Assembly: GCA_020137815.1 (NCBI GenBank)
Contig: CM035354.1
Location: 4,464,001 to 4,528,000, forward strand
Direction of reading: 5' to 3'
Source: Hormiphora californensis
Taxonomy: Eukaryota > Animalia > Ctenophora
DNA: 64,000 nt
Both the position numbers and the translations under genes were made by a program. Under the pieces are notes generated by a model. The model ran no database searches. It was not told the origin of the DNA and saw nothing but the letters and a program-made list of their open reading frames with translations. This document shows, in pieces, positions 1 to 11,238 of this stretch. The stretch's first letter is position 1. The number at the start of each line of letters is the position of its first letter.

Positions 1-243
1 ATCCAGTCTAATAAATCATAACAGTGGCCGATTCCCACTCAATGTATTAAGTTGGATTGTCGAATGCCACACCATGGATTGACTTGTTACCTTGGCAACC
101 AGAGAATTGGTTGTAAAATGCGCCTTTTTTTTCTATTTTTGGTCTATTTACTCAGTTTTAGCCATCTATATTGATTGAATAGGATAATTATGAAAGCAGG
201 TTGTCTATGGTTACCATAGAAACGAGTATAATGGCGCCATGAG

Positions 244-655
244 GCCAATTTGTATTAACCAATTTGCCCCATGGGGCAATTTGGTCTAGTCCAAATTGCC
301 CCATGGGGTAATCTGGATTATGACCGAATTGCCCCCGATTTTTTCGTCCGAATTGCCCCAAATTGTCCGAATTGCCCCGCTTCATTAAAATGCCAATTAG
401 CTAATTAAATCGAAAGCTAATGTCATTTTGATGATGAAACTGGATAGAAAAATATCATATTGTGAAATTCTGACCCTTAATTTAAATAATTATCATAATT
501 AAGTTTACCGAAATAAAGTTTAACTTTAAAGTCGTCATTTTTCGTTATTTCACACTAAACACCACAATTTAAAAGTCCCATATAAATCACTAGTCCACAT
601 TGCCCCGTCCTGTGACCACATTGCCCCACCGTCCAAATTACCCCGGTCTACCCTA
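244..655. mobile_element. Right end of a putative non-autonomous DNA transposon (Tc1/mariner-pogo-like MITE) with subterminal repeats
   Basis: About 8 dispersed copies of a G(T/A)CC(G/A)(A/C)ATT(G/A)CCCC-like motif lie between 260 and 646. They end in CCAAATTACCCCGGTCTACCC followed by TA (654-655). The matching left terminus is not in the window. The superfamily is inferred only from the TA flank and terminus style. Confidence 0.4.
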
Positions 656-3215
656 CAGCTGATAAATCTGTAAGCAAGGTTCAACAAACCACGGTGCAGC
701 AAGGAGATAAAACAAGCAGACATTAGGTAATGATAAACAGAGAGGGGGAAACTTGATTTGTTCAGACTGAGAAGAGAGAAACGTTATCGCATTCAGACTA
801 CTACTGCAGTATACAGGCCAACGGGCCTTCTAGAAGAAAACCCGCGGAGCTACCTGTCTCTCTCTCTCTCTTCCCCTAACAGAGCATGTCTCACCAATTT
901 GCTCTCTCTCCCACTCTTTCTCTCTCTCTGACCATACATAATTTATTTCGGGCAGTCTTAATATCTTCTAGAACATTTAACTACCACCGCTATGATTTTA
1001 GCACATGTGTATGTATAATACAACTTTTACACGGGAACTATAACTATTGATCTTTCTAACTTTCTTTTTATTTTGTAAAAAACAAAAGCACACGTTTGTT
1101 CGTCAGTATGATGACATGTAAAGTTCACTGTAAGTGGTTATAGTGGTTGGTAACCTAGCCTGGATTGCGGTCAAGAGGAAGAATCAAGCAGCGATCTGAG
1201 TACGGCATATATCAAAGACAACAGAGAGAACTAAGTTAGCTTGAATATGTTATATTTATATCTAGCCTCGTCATGTTATCAAAACAAAACACCGGTCTGT
1301 CACTAACAAGAGAAGTAAGTTGTTAGAGAGAGAGAGAAGCACGTACGTCACTACAAGGAAATGGGGGACACAATGAGAGTGAACACAGTTACTGGCATTA
1401 TAGATTCTACCTGGAAGTGTGCCAGAATTAATGGTAAACAGTAACTAGGTGGAAACAATGAAAGGTGTGTGAACAATGCTGAATAGTGGTTAGAAACAAA
1501 CAGAACAATAGAGTTTAGAAGCAAATAGAAGAAATAGAAGCAATAGAAGCAATAGAAGCAGTTCCGCAGATTGAAAAAGTAGAGTACGACGGGGAAGAAC
1601 TGCGGCGAAGATCCCTCGTCATATGTCGCTCTGCTGTTACTCAACAATCTCTCTGTTATAGGTGGCGTACAGCAGCACAATGATCTCATCACAACACACA
1701 CAGGATCAAATAGCGCTGCATAAACTCGATACCATCAAATAGAAACGAATAAAAGAGAGATCAGTACTAGAGAATGGGAAAGCGAGAGAGAAAGAGAGTG
1801 AGCGAGGGAGAGAGAACAAGAAAATATATGTATGTTGTGTGTAACATGTACACTATAGTGTACACGGATTCACAAATCTGAGTTTCGTATCTACCGATCG
1901 TACGAGTATCTGACGAGAGGAAGAGAGAGAAAGAGAAAGAGAGTTACATAGAAAAACGAAACGACACGATTAATTGGAGTGATCGTGAGATATTTTAAAT
2001 AGTCCAGGCCATGGGAGGAGAATCGCCTCATTAGCACAGCTGCAGTATCTGCAGAGTCTACATAACAAACAACAGACATTTTATGCAGCCAGTAGGGTGT
2101 GCCTCACGAGATAGTTCTCTTTTTGAAGAGGAGCTTAGCCGCACCTTGCCTTGTTCGACCCCCTCTCCCCCTGTGTCCCGCGATGGCGAGAAAATTAAAC
2201 GGGTTTCGAACAAAACAAGCCGCACCCTCGCAACCAATTTGTTATGTTCCGTGGAGAGAGAGAGAGGGTCGAACAAGGCAACTACCAATAAGGGACCAGT
2301 TTGTACCAATAAGGGGCGAGTATGACTATGATGTCCGTGACAATGAACGTCACAACAAAGACCCCCTACAAGCTATATAGTCCAATGAGTATGAGGGACA
2401 AGGCATTATAATATAATTATGTATGCAATATAACACCCAAATAATAATATTTACTGTGCTGAATATAGAATCACGATTTAGGTCACGGAGTAGGTGATGG
2501 AATTAAAGATAGTGCCCTACTTGCAAAAACATTCGTGAGAATTATACTCCCCCTCCTTTAGAACTGGCAGTGAGAATTGAATATGTCATGAGAACTTCTC
2601 AAAAAATCTAAAAGTGAGCTAGTATGAGGTGACATGTGGCCAGTAAATCATGCCATGTGTTGTACACAGACAAGTCAACTCATTACAATATCAGACCACG
2701 ATAATAATCAAACCATAGCAGTGACAAACCATCAGACGAAATACACACTCTGAGAGAGGCAGAGAATAAATTATGTGCATAATAAATATTCTCACGCGTA
2801 TTTACCTTCCTTATATTCTCGATCATTCTCTTTCTTCCATCTTTCTCAATCTTTCTATCTTTCTATCATTTCAAATGATTTATCTCTTTCCTGATCACGA
2901 TTCTTTCTATTCTTTACTTCTGGCTTCTGGATAGAGAATCGGAAAGGGATAATTACACCAGATAACAACCAGATTCTGTACCACCAGCCCATGTCCATAT
3001 ACGTGTTGTTAATTTAACCTTCTCGAATAAGACGAGGAGGGGGAAGAAAGGCCACGTTTTTAATTTCTCATATCCAAACCCTTTTCATGTGCCATAACCC
3101 CGAGCAGTCTTGTTTATTTAGGGTCCCATTATTTCCGGGAACTCCCGGAACTTTCTAGGAAACATGTTTTAACACTCAAGGCTCCCAGTCCAACTGACAG
3201 ACTTCCGCATGAAAC

Positions 3216-3864
3216 ATAATAATAATAATAATAATATTCCGCGCTTATATACCGCCCATACCCGACAGAGACATGTCAAAATATTGACGATGTTCCGCCG
3301 AATCATCAGAGCGGTATATCCTCGACTACTTATATGACACACTCGAACAGCTCTGGTTGAAAAACAATATATAGACGACTAAATAAACTTGACTTATAAA
3401 ACTGAGGGAATAACTGGTCCCATAATCCTGTAGATATAAACTAAAACACACTATACTCACACCTGCTCGAAAAAAGGATACTAGGTAATGAATTAATAAC
3501 ATGGCTAGAGAGAGGATGACACTGATTGCCCGCAGGCCCCACAACTACAACAAACATTACAACTCAGCCATGGGTTCCCCATCACCCACTCCAAATGCAC
3601 CAACGAAGAGATGTGTTTTCAGCCGGGTTTTGAAAGTATCCACATTAGGGATTGACCTGAGCTCAAGAGGAAGCTCATTCCAGACAGAGGGCAGGAATAC
3701 TGATAACCTCCTACGTCTCAACTTAGAGTTGGCATTGATACTGGTCATCTTTGGATGTTTTAACCTATAGGGATCCGGAACATTAGTCATCCTCGTTGTC
3801 CTAGAGGTTCCCCAAGTCTCATCACGTGGCACCAAATCCTGGAGATAACACGGGGCTGTTCCAT
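3216..3864 (-). mobile_element. 5'-truncated copy of the L2/CR1-group LINE (ORF2 C-terminus, 3' UTR and (TAT)n tail)
   Basis: This is the reverse complement of 9011-9660. ORF 3557..3907 encodes GTAPCYLQDLVPRDETW...GEPMAEL, nearly identical to the ORF2 C-terminus. The (ATA)n tail is at about 3216-3236 and homology stops abruptly at 3864. Confidence 0.95.
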
Positions 3865-4067
3865 CAACGAAATGAAAATAAAGCCCGAGCTCGGTCGAGA
3901 TAAACATAAAGATTTATAGAACCTTCAATCTGGTCCAACAACCAAAGTAAAAAAGTAAAGAGCTTACTGCTTTTGTTACCAGCTATTATGTGCTGCTGAG
4001 AACAAACAGATGAATATTATATATCCCATGTGGCATAATGCTTTATCATTATCCTTTGTTATTTCAG

Positions 4068-7000
4068 CAGGGAGGTGCTGCTACTGGTTGACATCTTGAA
4101 CCCTCTCTTTGGAGAGACTGTCCATAATATGACATGGGGATTTAGTACCCATCATATATTATTCTAGAAAGGTCCCTAAGTGCACACCTGCTTTGGGAGA
4201 GAGTACTATAAGTTTGGAGAGAACTATAGGTCTGCAATAAATTTAATGGAGTCAAATAGCCGGTAAGTGATTACTTGACCCCCTCCCTCTCAAACCTCAC
4301 ACCTGCCCGAGAAAAAGTCGTAACATTAACAATGAGACTTGAGAGGGGAAGATCTAGAGAGAAAGATAGAGAGATAGAGAGAGAGGGGTGATAGAGATTT
4401 TTAGAGGGAGAGGGAGCGAGAGAGCGTGTGTGAGAGAGAAAGAGAGAGTTAGGCCAGTGGTTGAGTGGACGAACATCTGCCATCAGATCGTTGTGTCGAG
4501 TATTGATGTTTTTGCTGCTTTCATTTTCTTTGGGGTACGTGACAATGATTTGATAGTCATATCGATCAATTTCATATAATCAACCAATGCAATGTTGCTT
4601 ACATATTTGTCATTCAATTATAGAATCCTGTTTCTCAGGTTGATACGGTTTGCAGTGTGTAACAAGAACAGTGAGATCGGGTATGCCCTCATGAGAGACT
4701 ACCTTTGTCAGGGAGATATCTCCTGGAGCGATCGCATAGAGGACACCGGAGTACGGTCTTTTGTTAAACTAGGTACAACTCGTAGCTAATCGTATACTGT
4801 CTTAGCTCCCCACAATGGGAGACTCTTTCTCTGGTTGTAATGCTGCCTCGGCTCTAATTCCATAACCCTTGAATCCTGTCACGTATTTTGTTTTTCAATC
4901 CCACAATAACCTAACTACAAAGCCTCCCTGGGCTGCAAGTCACGCACAAAATATTTCATTATGTTATTATATTTCAAACTTTTCAACACTACTTTAAACA
5001 AATTAATTTGAGTTTGCCGTCAATCGTTCCGATAACTGTGTTAGCATCTATTCTCTAATCTTATAGATCTCTGTTAGGCCTACTTTAACTTAACTTACGA
5101 GTGATATCAGTGAAGAGTTTGCTGTTGGCCGGCGTGCAACGGGTGTTTTAGGATGACCGTTACGAGTAATTATGACATATGTATCACTAAGAGTGATTTT
5201 GAAGACGTGTTATCAGGAGAAGTATTTAGTAATGATTATAAGGGTAGTGATTTGTTAGTGTGCCTTGAGAGGGGTGACACTGTTTGTCCGTCGTCTGTCC
5301 ATAAACCTCAGTTGTGGCATCTCCTCAAAGCCTGTTACAACATGCTTCCGGCGTCGGCACCGTTTTCTGTTCCTGGAGACCAGACTGATCTGAAAGAGTC
5401 GTTTGCAAAGCTGCACAAGGATCTGGTTTCCACTATCTCTGCTTTGGTCAAACCTATGGAGAATAGTAGAAGTGATATTGGTGGTGGTGATCCAGAGGAA
5501 CCGGTTACACCTACGATGAAACACTACGTGAATATTAAAACTGGTATCAATGAGGAAGGAGGGCCAGGATTCTGTGCGAAGAAGTGGACTGATGAGGTCA
5601 AACCCAAAGTGGAAACTGCGTTGAAGACGATACCGGTGGTGAGATCCAGAGTGAACAGTGACCATACCCGGCTGTATTTCCCTAATGAAGACCAGATGAA
5701 GGAAGCAGAGAAAGTTTTGACTCCTCTTGCACAGGACTGTTCTATGTCATTCTTCTCAGAGGAAGCCAAGAAGCTTGAACCAAAGGTTACCATTAATGAT
5801 TTGAACCCTGAACTACTGGAAAAGGAGACTATCCTGGCAGCGATTTTGGACAAAAATGAGGATATCAGAAAGCTTTATCATGAGGATAAGAAGTTGAAAG
5901 TGGTGTTTGTGAGCGAAAGAGATAGGTATGCAGTGATCCAGATGGCTCCAGAGATCCGGAGGCTTTTGTCTAACAACGGTGATAAACTCAACTTAGGTCT
6001 TCGACAACATTTTGTCAAGAACAGGTATCATGTGATTCAATGCTATCACTGTCAAGGATATGGACATATAGCAGGCTCAATCTACTGTCCTCAGAAGGAA
6101 AATCCTGTGTGCTGTTTTTGTGCTGGAACACACCAGACAAAGGACTGTAGAGCAAAGAAGAACAACGAGACTGGTAAGATGAAGTGTGTGAACTGTGCGG
6201 TGGGAGGATCAAGAGAGGACAAGAAGTATGCGAGGACCCATACAGCTTCTAGTATGTGGTGTCCCTCGTACATCAATGAACGAGCACGGCTTATGGAGAG
6301 GACTTCAGGTGTCAGCAAAGAGGAAAAAAACCTGTACTGGACGAGGACAAAGGAGGAACTACACAGGAAAAGACTTGGAAGATTGGGACATTAAATGTCC
6401 GCTCTCTTGTCAATAAAACTGGAGGTGTTATTTCACATCTGGAAGACGCTGATTGTGATATCTGTCTCATACAGGAAACATTTTTAAAGTCCACAGACAC
6501 GGGAAAACTCCAAGAAATCAGAGATAATGGATGGGATATATTCTCATGCCCCAGAGGAGATCGAGGAGGTGGGGGGATTGGAATTCTCTTTCGAGATGGC
6601 TTGGTTCTTCGACAGTGTCCGGTGAAGACTAAGTATAAATCATTTCAAGTTCAAGAGGTTCTCATCAGTGACAGGGACCAACCGAAGAGACTCTGTAATA
6701 TTTACCGCCCTCCATACACACCGAAGTCAAGACTTACGGAGGCAACTTTCCTGTCGGAGTTTGGTGACTACCTCTCTGAGCTTGTTATGAAACAAGGTAC
6801 CCCGATTATCGCTGGAGACCTAAATTTCCAGGTGCAAGATGCTAACAACTTCTATTCGAGGAAACTGTTGGAGCTCCTGGATTCGTTTGACCTTCGACAA
6901 AGGGTACCACTGTTGCCTACTCATAGGCATGGAGGCACCTTGGATCTGGTGATAACTACGAGAGAAACTGCTCTGGATGACATATCCATCTTTCCAAATG

Positions 7001-10000
7001 GTACTACTTCAGATCACTTCCTGGTGCGGTTTGGGATTCAAGTGAGACCTGACCTGTCTAACTCCCGTCTGAAGAAATCAGTGTTTCGAGAATATGTGGA
7101 CTACAAGTCAATGGATTTGGAGGGATTTAAAGAGGACTTGAAGAAAGCAGATTTTGAGGAAGGGAGGGATCCAGAGGAGGGTGTTGTGAACTTCTATCGT
7201 TGGCTGGAAGGGATAGTGGAAAAGCGAGTACCGAGGAAGCGGGTGAGGACGGGGAAAAAGTTTAAGCCGTGGAGGGATGAGGAACTTAGGGGATTACTTC
7301 GTAAGAGGAGGAGTGCGGAACGGTATTGGCGGAAACATGGAACTGAGGATGCGAAGCGGAGATTTAATGATCTGAAGAAACTGTATGGAAATATGGATAA
7401 GGACAAGAGGTCACTTTTCATCAAAGAGGATTTGGATGCAGTCAAAGGGGATCCGAAGAAACTACAAAATAAACTCCAAAAACTCCTGGGAAAGGCTGAA
7501 ACTATTCTCCCTGAAACTACTAGCTCTAAGAGCTTGGCTGATGATTTCTCACAGTTTTTTAGTTCCAAAGTGACCAAAATTCGGAACCAAGTTAACGAAG
7601 AACAGCAACAAGCTGGTGAATTTGAGGAACCTGGAAGAACTTGTCATACAACGTGGAAGGAATTCAGAGAGGTATCTGAGGAGGAACTTGTTTCAATTGT
7701 GAAATCTATGTCAAGTAAACACTGCGACCTTGACCCATTACCCACTTGGGTAGTTAAGGAGTGTATACGGGAACTTGCTCCTGTATTAACATCAATGGTG
7801 AACCACTCTCTCCATCATTCAACAGTAGCAGAAACTCTCCAGAAGGCGATCGTGTTCCCTACTATTAAGAATATGTATGGGGATCGGGAAGCTCTCAGTA
7901 ACTACCGTCCTGTTTCGAATATTCCATTCCTTTCGAAGCTCCTGGAGAAGGTAGTTCTCACGCAGCTAAATGATTACCTTGAACGGAATTCTCTTTTGGG
8001 CAAGCACCAGTCTGGTTATCGTGTTGGGCACAGCTGTGAAACTCTGTTAGCCAGCATGTTTGATGATGTATTAGGCGAGATGGATAAAGGAAATGTAGTG
8101 GCTCTCATTTGTTTGGACATGAGTGCTGCATTTGATACAGTGGATCATCGAAAGTTGTTGGAGGTGTTGCAGAATCGGTTTGGAGTTGATGGCGATCCTC
8201 TTCAATGGTTTAAGAGCTACCTGAGTTCCAGATCTTTCAGAGTCTCTGTGGGTGATTGTCTTTCGGAAACCCTGGCCTTACTATGTGGAGTACCCCAGGG
8301 GTCCCTTCTTGGTCCAATTTTGTTTCTACTATACATTGAAGCTGTGCAAGACATTGTGGAGCCTTATGGTCTTCGGATAAAACTATACGCGGATGACTCC
8401 CAGCTCTATGTGAGTCTGGTTCCTACGGATTCTACTGGCTGGTCGGAGGCAAAGGTGGATATTGAGGAATGTCTGGCAAAGGTGAAGAGGTGGATGGTAG
8501 GACAGTGGTTGAAGTGCAACGAGGCTAAGACAGAATTCATCCTCCTTGGAAAACGCAGTTCGTTAAGTAAAGTCACTTTCGATCCAGTAATCAACTTCGG
8601 TGGAACAGAAATCTTCCCTAGTGAATGTAGTGGAACAGATGGTAAGACACTAGGAATTCTCTTGGATCACAATCTAAATCTTGAACGACAGGTTAATAAT
8701 GTGAGGAAACAGTGTGGACTGATATTACGGAATCTCTGGCAATTACACAAGTGTTTTGATGTTACAACAAAGATCATGTTGGTGAAACAGTTGATCATTT
8801 CCAGAATTGATTACAGCAATATTTTGTATTGTGGACTTCCTGGCCGAGTTCTGAGCGGGCTCCAGAAACTTCTCAATGCCTGTGTTCGATTTGTATTTAA
8901 CCTCCATGGACACCAGGACAACTATATGGAGTATTTCAGGCAGTGTCATATTTTACCGATCTCCTACAGGCTGGACTTCAAAGCCTGTTTGATTGCCTAT
9001 AAAATAGTCAATGGAACAGCCCCGTGTTATCTCCAGGATTTGGTGCCACGTGATGAGACTTGGGGAACCTCTAGGACTACGAGGATGACTAATGTTCCGG
9101 ATCCCTATAGGTTAAAACATCCAAAGATGACCAGTATTAATGCCAACTCTAAGTTGAGACGTAGGAGGTTATCAGTATTCCTGCCTTCTGTCTGGAATGA
9201 GCTTCCCCTTGAGCTCAGGTCAATCCCCAACGTGGAAACCTTCAAAACCCGGCTGAAAACACATCTCTTCGTTGGTGCATTTGGAGTGGGTGATGGGGAA
9301 CCCATGGCTGAGTTGTAATGTTTGTTGTAGTTGTGGGGCCTGCGGGCAATCAGTGTCATCCTCTCTCTAGCCATGTTATTATTTCACTACCTAGTATCCT
9401 TTTTCCTAGCAGGTGTAAGTAAAGTGTTTTGAATTTATATCCACAGGTTTATGGGACCAGTTATTCCTTCAGTTTTATAAGTCCAGTTAATTTAGTCTTA
9501 CAATATACTGTTCTTTTTTCAACCAGAGTGTTCGTGTGTGTCATATATTTAATCGAGGATATACCGCTCTGATGACTCGTCGGAGCATTGCCAATATTTT
9601 GACATGTTTCCGTCGGGTATGGGCGGTATATAAGCGCGGAATATTATTATTATTATTATTATCAACCTAACTCACTTTGTACCCCCTCCCTCCTCCGAGC
9701 ACTATCTCCACATCCTGCATTCTCTCACATTCGTCTGATGGATATCAAATAACAGGCCCTTGTCTCTTGCACAAAGCACGTCCCTCTAGATAAAGACTAA
9801 GACGATAAAACTGTGTACGGCAGAATGAAAAGAATTTAAGAAGCCTGAAGGCTGAAGCCTGAAGCACTGTACTGTAAAAACTAAAAAGTGAACAATGAGA
9901 TTATTATAAAAACAATCTTAGATGATGCAAAACTTGCTTTTATTACTCTGCTGTTATGAACTGCCCCCAAAAACGAAGAACAACAATAACACAGAAGCAC

Positions 10001-11060
10001 GTGTACTGTGTTGTTATATAGTACGTGTGGGAATGTCTGACGTCATCATAACACTGCTGACGTCACGTTTTCTCCCACACAACAACATTGTCCCTTCCTT
10101 CTATCTTGTAATATGTTTTATCCAAATCTAGTTTAAATTCCTACGCACTCATTTATCCCTCACTCGAACGAACTCCATATTTTTTCACATACCGTACCCC
10201 AATAAACAGAGGAATTCTTTTCCAGTTTTTTTTCTCCGGAATAACTTCCTAGAAATATATTTCCAGGTCAGGACTGTCTATGTCACACTGAGGAGGAACA
10301 CTGGCCAGGATTATCTGATAACGATCATTCAATCAGTAGATAGATTCGTACACGACTTTCCATCCGACTAAGATTGAAGCCTTCAAACCATGTTTCTTTG
10401 GTGCTCTCAGAAAACGTACTCATGGTTGCATTTTGTGATGAGCGGAGGGACCAACTGCTTGAGTCACTGAAGCGACTGGCAAAGAAATTACTTAGGTTGT
10501 GATGTTGATGATGAGAAGAAAATGCGAACTGCAAGTGCTAGGTGTCAACTGATTGATGTGATATTAAAGATGTTTGCTAAATGGGTGGACTATGTCGTTT
10601 CAAATGATTGCCCTAAAAAACGGGTGAAGAGGCCTGAGAGTGAGAGTGAGATTGTGTATTTGGAACACTTCTCGGAACTTTCTGATTCCTTGGGAAGTTT
10701 GGTAGATTTGAGCAAAAGGCAGTATGACCTCAAAACTATTTTCATAGTGATAAAACAGATGGTCTGCCAAACAAACGTATTCCATGGTGCAGCAGCTTCA
10801 GTTTTTAACTTTCGAGAACTTGAAATACTCACAGAAAAAGATAAGTTCCTCTTCCAGATTAAATGTCGAGATTGCCAGTGATTTGGGATGCTGTCTTGTT
10901 AAACAGATTATCCACTGAAAGAATAATGTGTTTGTTGCGCTGAATAATATGATGTAGAAGCGGGCGATCCTAAAGTTTTTCAAGATTATAGAAAGATTTT
11001 CGTGAGAAGTCAGAGGTGTTGATTTAGATATGTCTTGAAAAACTTTGTATTTTAGCAACA
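4068..11060 (+). CDS. Unidentified multi-exon protein-coding gene (fragmented by apparent indel errors) hosting the full-length LINE in an intron
   Basis: Exon-like segments have canonical splice sites: about 4068-4262 (tttcag/...ccg|gtaagt), about 4453-4534 (|gtacgt), 4639-4772 (ttctcag|...ctag|gtac; LIRFAVCNKNSEIGYALMRDY...) and 10267 onward (tttccag|GT CAG GAC, phase-compatible with 4772). The last continues into ORF 10522..10881. No recognisable domain, and several frameshifts are needed. Confidence 0.4.
4972..5012 (+). other. Spliced-leader (SL) exon sequence, retro-copied (not an SL RNA gene)
   Basis: TTTCAAACTTTTCAACACTACTTTAAACAAATTAATTTGAG matches, from memory, the trans-spliced leader reported for Pleurobrachia/Hormiphora ctenophore mRNAs. 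It is followed by the LINE 5' UTR (TTTGCCG...), not by a GT donor and Sm-site intron. Confidence 0.85.
5153..6394 (+). CDS. LINE ORF1p, gag-like nucleic-acid chaperone with CCHC zinc knuckles
   Basis: 413-aa ORF directly upstream of ORF2. C-terminal knuckles: CYHCQGYGH...C, CCFCAGTHQTKDC and CVNC...H.....C. Confidence 0.9.
   Translation: MTVTSNYDICITKSDFEDVLSGEVFSNDYKGSDLLVCLERGDTVCPSSVHKPQLWHLLKACYNMLPASAPFSVPGDQTDLKESFAKLHKDLVSTISALVKPMENSRSDIGGGDPEEPVTPTMKHYVNIKTGINEEGGPGFCAKKWTDEVKPKVETALKTIPVVRSRVNSDHTRLYFPNEDQMKEAEKVLTPLAQDCSMSFFSEEAKKLEPKVTINDLNPELLEKETILAAILDKNEDIRKLYHEDKKLKVVFVSERDRYAVIQMAPEIRRLLSNNGDKLNLGLRQHFVKNRYHVIQCYHCQGYGHIAGSIYCPQKENPVCCFCAGTHQTKDCRAKKNNETGKMKCVNCAVGGSREDKKYARTHTASSMWCPSYINERARLMERTSGVSKEEKNLYWTRTKEELHRKRLGRLGH
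6280..9318 (+). CDS. LINE ORF2p: apurinic-like endonuclease plus reverse transcriptase
   Basis: The frame is open from 6280 (after TGA 6277-6279). APE motifs: KIGTLNVRSL (about 6379), CLIQET, IYRPP, AGDLN, TLDLVI, SDHFLV. RT motifs: NYRPVSNIPFLSKLLEK, QSGYR, LDMSAAFDTVDH, GVPQGSLLGP, YADDSQL, plus SRIDYSN typical of L2/CR1-group elements. The ORF track start (6601) is a TTG inside the APE domain. Confidence 0.95.
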   Translation, partial: TSTAYGEDFRCQQRGKKPVLDEDKGGTTQEKTWKIGTLNVRSLVNKTGGVISHLEDADCDICLIQETFLKSTDTGKLQEIRDNGWDIFSCPRGDRGGGGIGILFRDGLVLRQCPVKTKYKSFQVQEVLISDRDQPKRLCNIYRPPYTPKSRLTEATFLSEFGDYLSELVMKQGTPIIAGDLNFQVQDANNFYSRKLLELLDSFDLRQRVPLLPTHRHGGTLDLVITTRETALDDISIFPNGTTSDHFLVRFGIQVRPDLSNSRLKKSVFREYVDYKSMDLEGFKEDLKKADFEEGRDPEEGVVNFYRWLEGIVEKRVPRKRVRTGKKFKPWRDEELRGLLRKRRSAERYWRKHGTEDAKRRFNDLKKLYGNMDKDKRSLFIKEDLDAVKGDPKKLQNKLQKLLGKAETILPETTSSKSLADDFSQFFSSKVTKIRNQVNEEQQQAGEFEEPGRTCHTTWKEFREVSEEELVSIVKSMSSKHCDLDPLPTWVVKECIRELAPVLTSMVNHSLHHSTVAETLQKAIVFPTIKNMYGDREALSNYRPVSNIPFLSKLLEKVVLTQLNDYLERNSLLGKHQSGYRVGHSCETLLASMFDDVLGEMDKGNVVALICLDMSAAFDTVDHRKLLEVLQNRFGVDGDPLQWFKSYLSSRSFRVSVGDCLSETLALLCGVPQGSLLGPILFLLYIEAVQDIVEPYGLRIKLYADDSQLYVSLVPTDSTGWSEAKVDIEECLAKVKRWMVGQWLKCNEAKTEFILLGKRSSLSKVTFDPVINFGGTEIFPSECSGTDGKTLGILLDHNLNLERQVNNVRKQCGLILRNLWQLHKCFDVTTKIMLVKQLIISRIDYSNILYCGLPGRVLSGLQKLLNACVRFVFNLHGHQDNYMEYFRQCHILPISYRLDFKACLIAYKIVNGTAPCYLQDLVPRDETWGTSRTTRMTNVPDPYRLKHPKMTSINANSKLRRRRLSVFLPSVWNELPLELRSIPNVETFKTRLKTHLFVGAFGVGDGEPMAEL

Positions 11061-11238
11061 CTCGCTGTTTTTGAACGAAGGGCTTAAAAAATCAAATTGA
11101 AACTTTACATCATTTCATCAACAAGAATAAACAATAAATTAACACAGACAATCACCAACTACAAACACATACAGTTTCAGTGTTCAATAATCTCACTCTC
11201 TGATCTCCGACACTATCTATTGTTCTCTAATTTATTCT

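Larger units (their letters stand above)
4972..9662 (+). mobile_element. Full-length, apparently intact non-LTR retrotransposon (L2/CR1 group) with a spliced leader at its 5' end
   Basis: Components: SL-like 41-mer (4972-5012), 140-nt 5' UTR, ORF1 with zinc knuckles, ORF2 with APE and RT domains, and a 3' UTR ending GGGTATGGGCGGTATATAAGCGCGGAA followed by a (TAT)n tail (9641-9662). There are no stops or frameshifts inside either ORF. Confidence 0.95.

Noticed and set aside
657-1722. Exon-like + strand segments (about 659-726 and 1570-1722)
   Set aside because: Splice-like boundaries are present but there is no recognisable protein similarity or consistent frame, so they are too weak to call.
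4972-5100. SL RNA gene
   Set aside because: The leader runs straight into the LINE 5' UTR with no GT donor after TTTGAG and no recognisable Sm-site intron.
6392-6487. TAA-ATG stop-start coupling as the ORF2 initiation mechanism
   Set aside because: The ATG at 6395 is in the ORF1 frame and ends at TAA after about 30 codons. It is not in the ORF2 frame.
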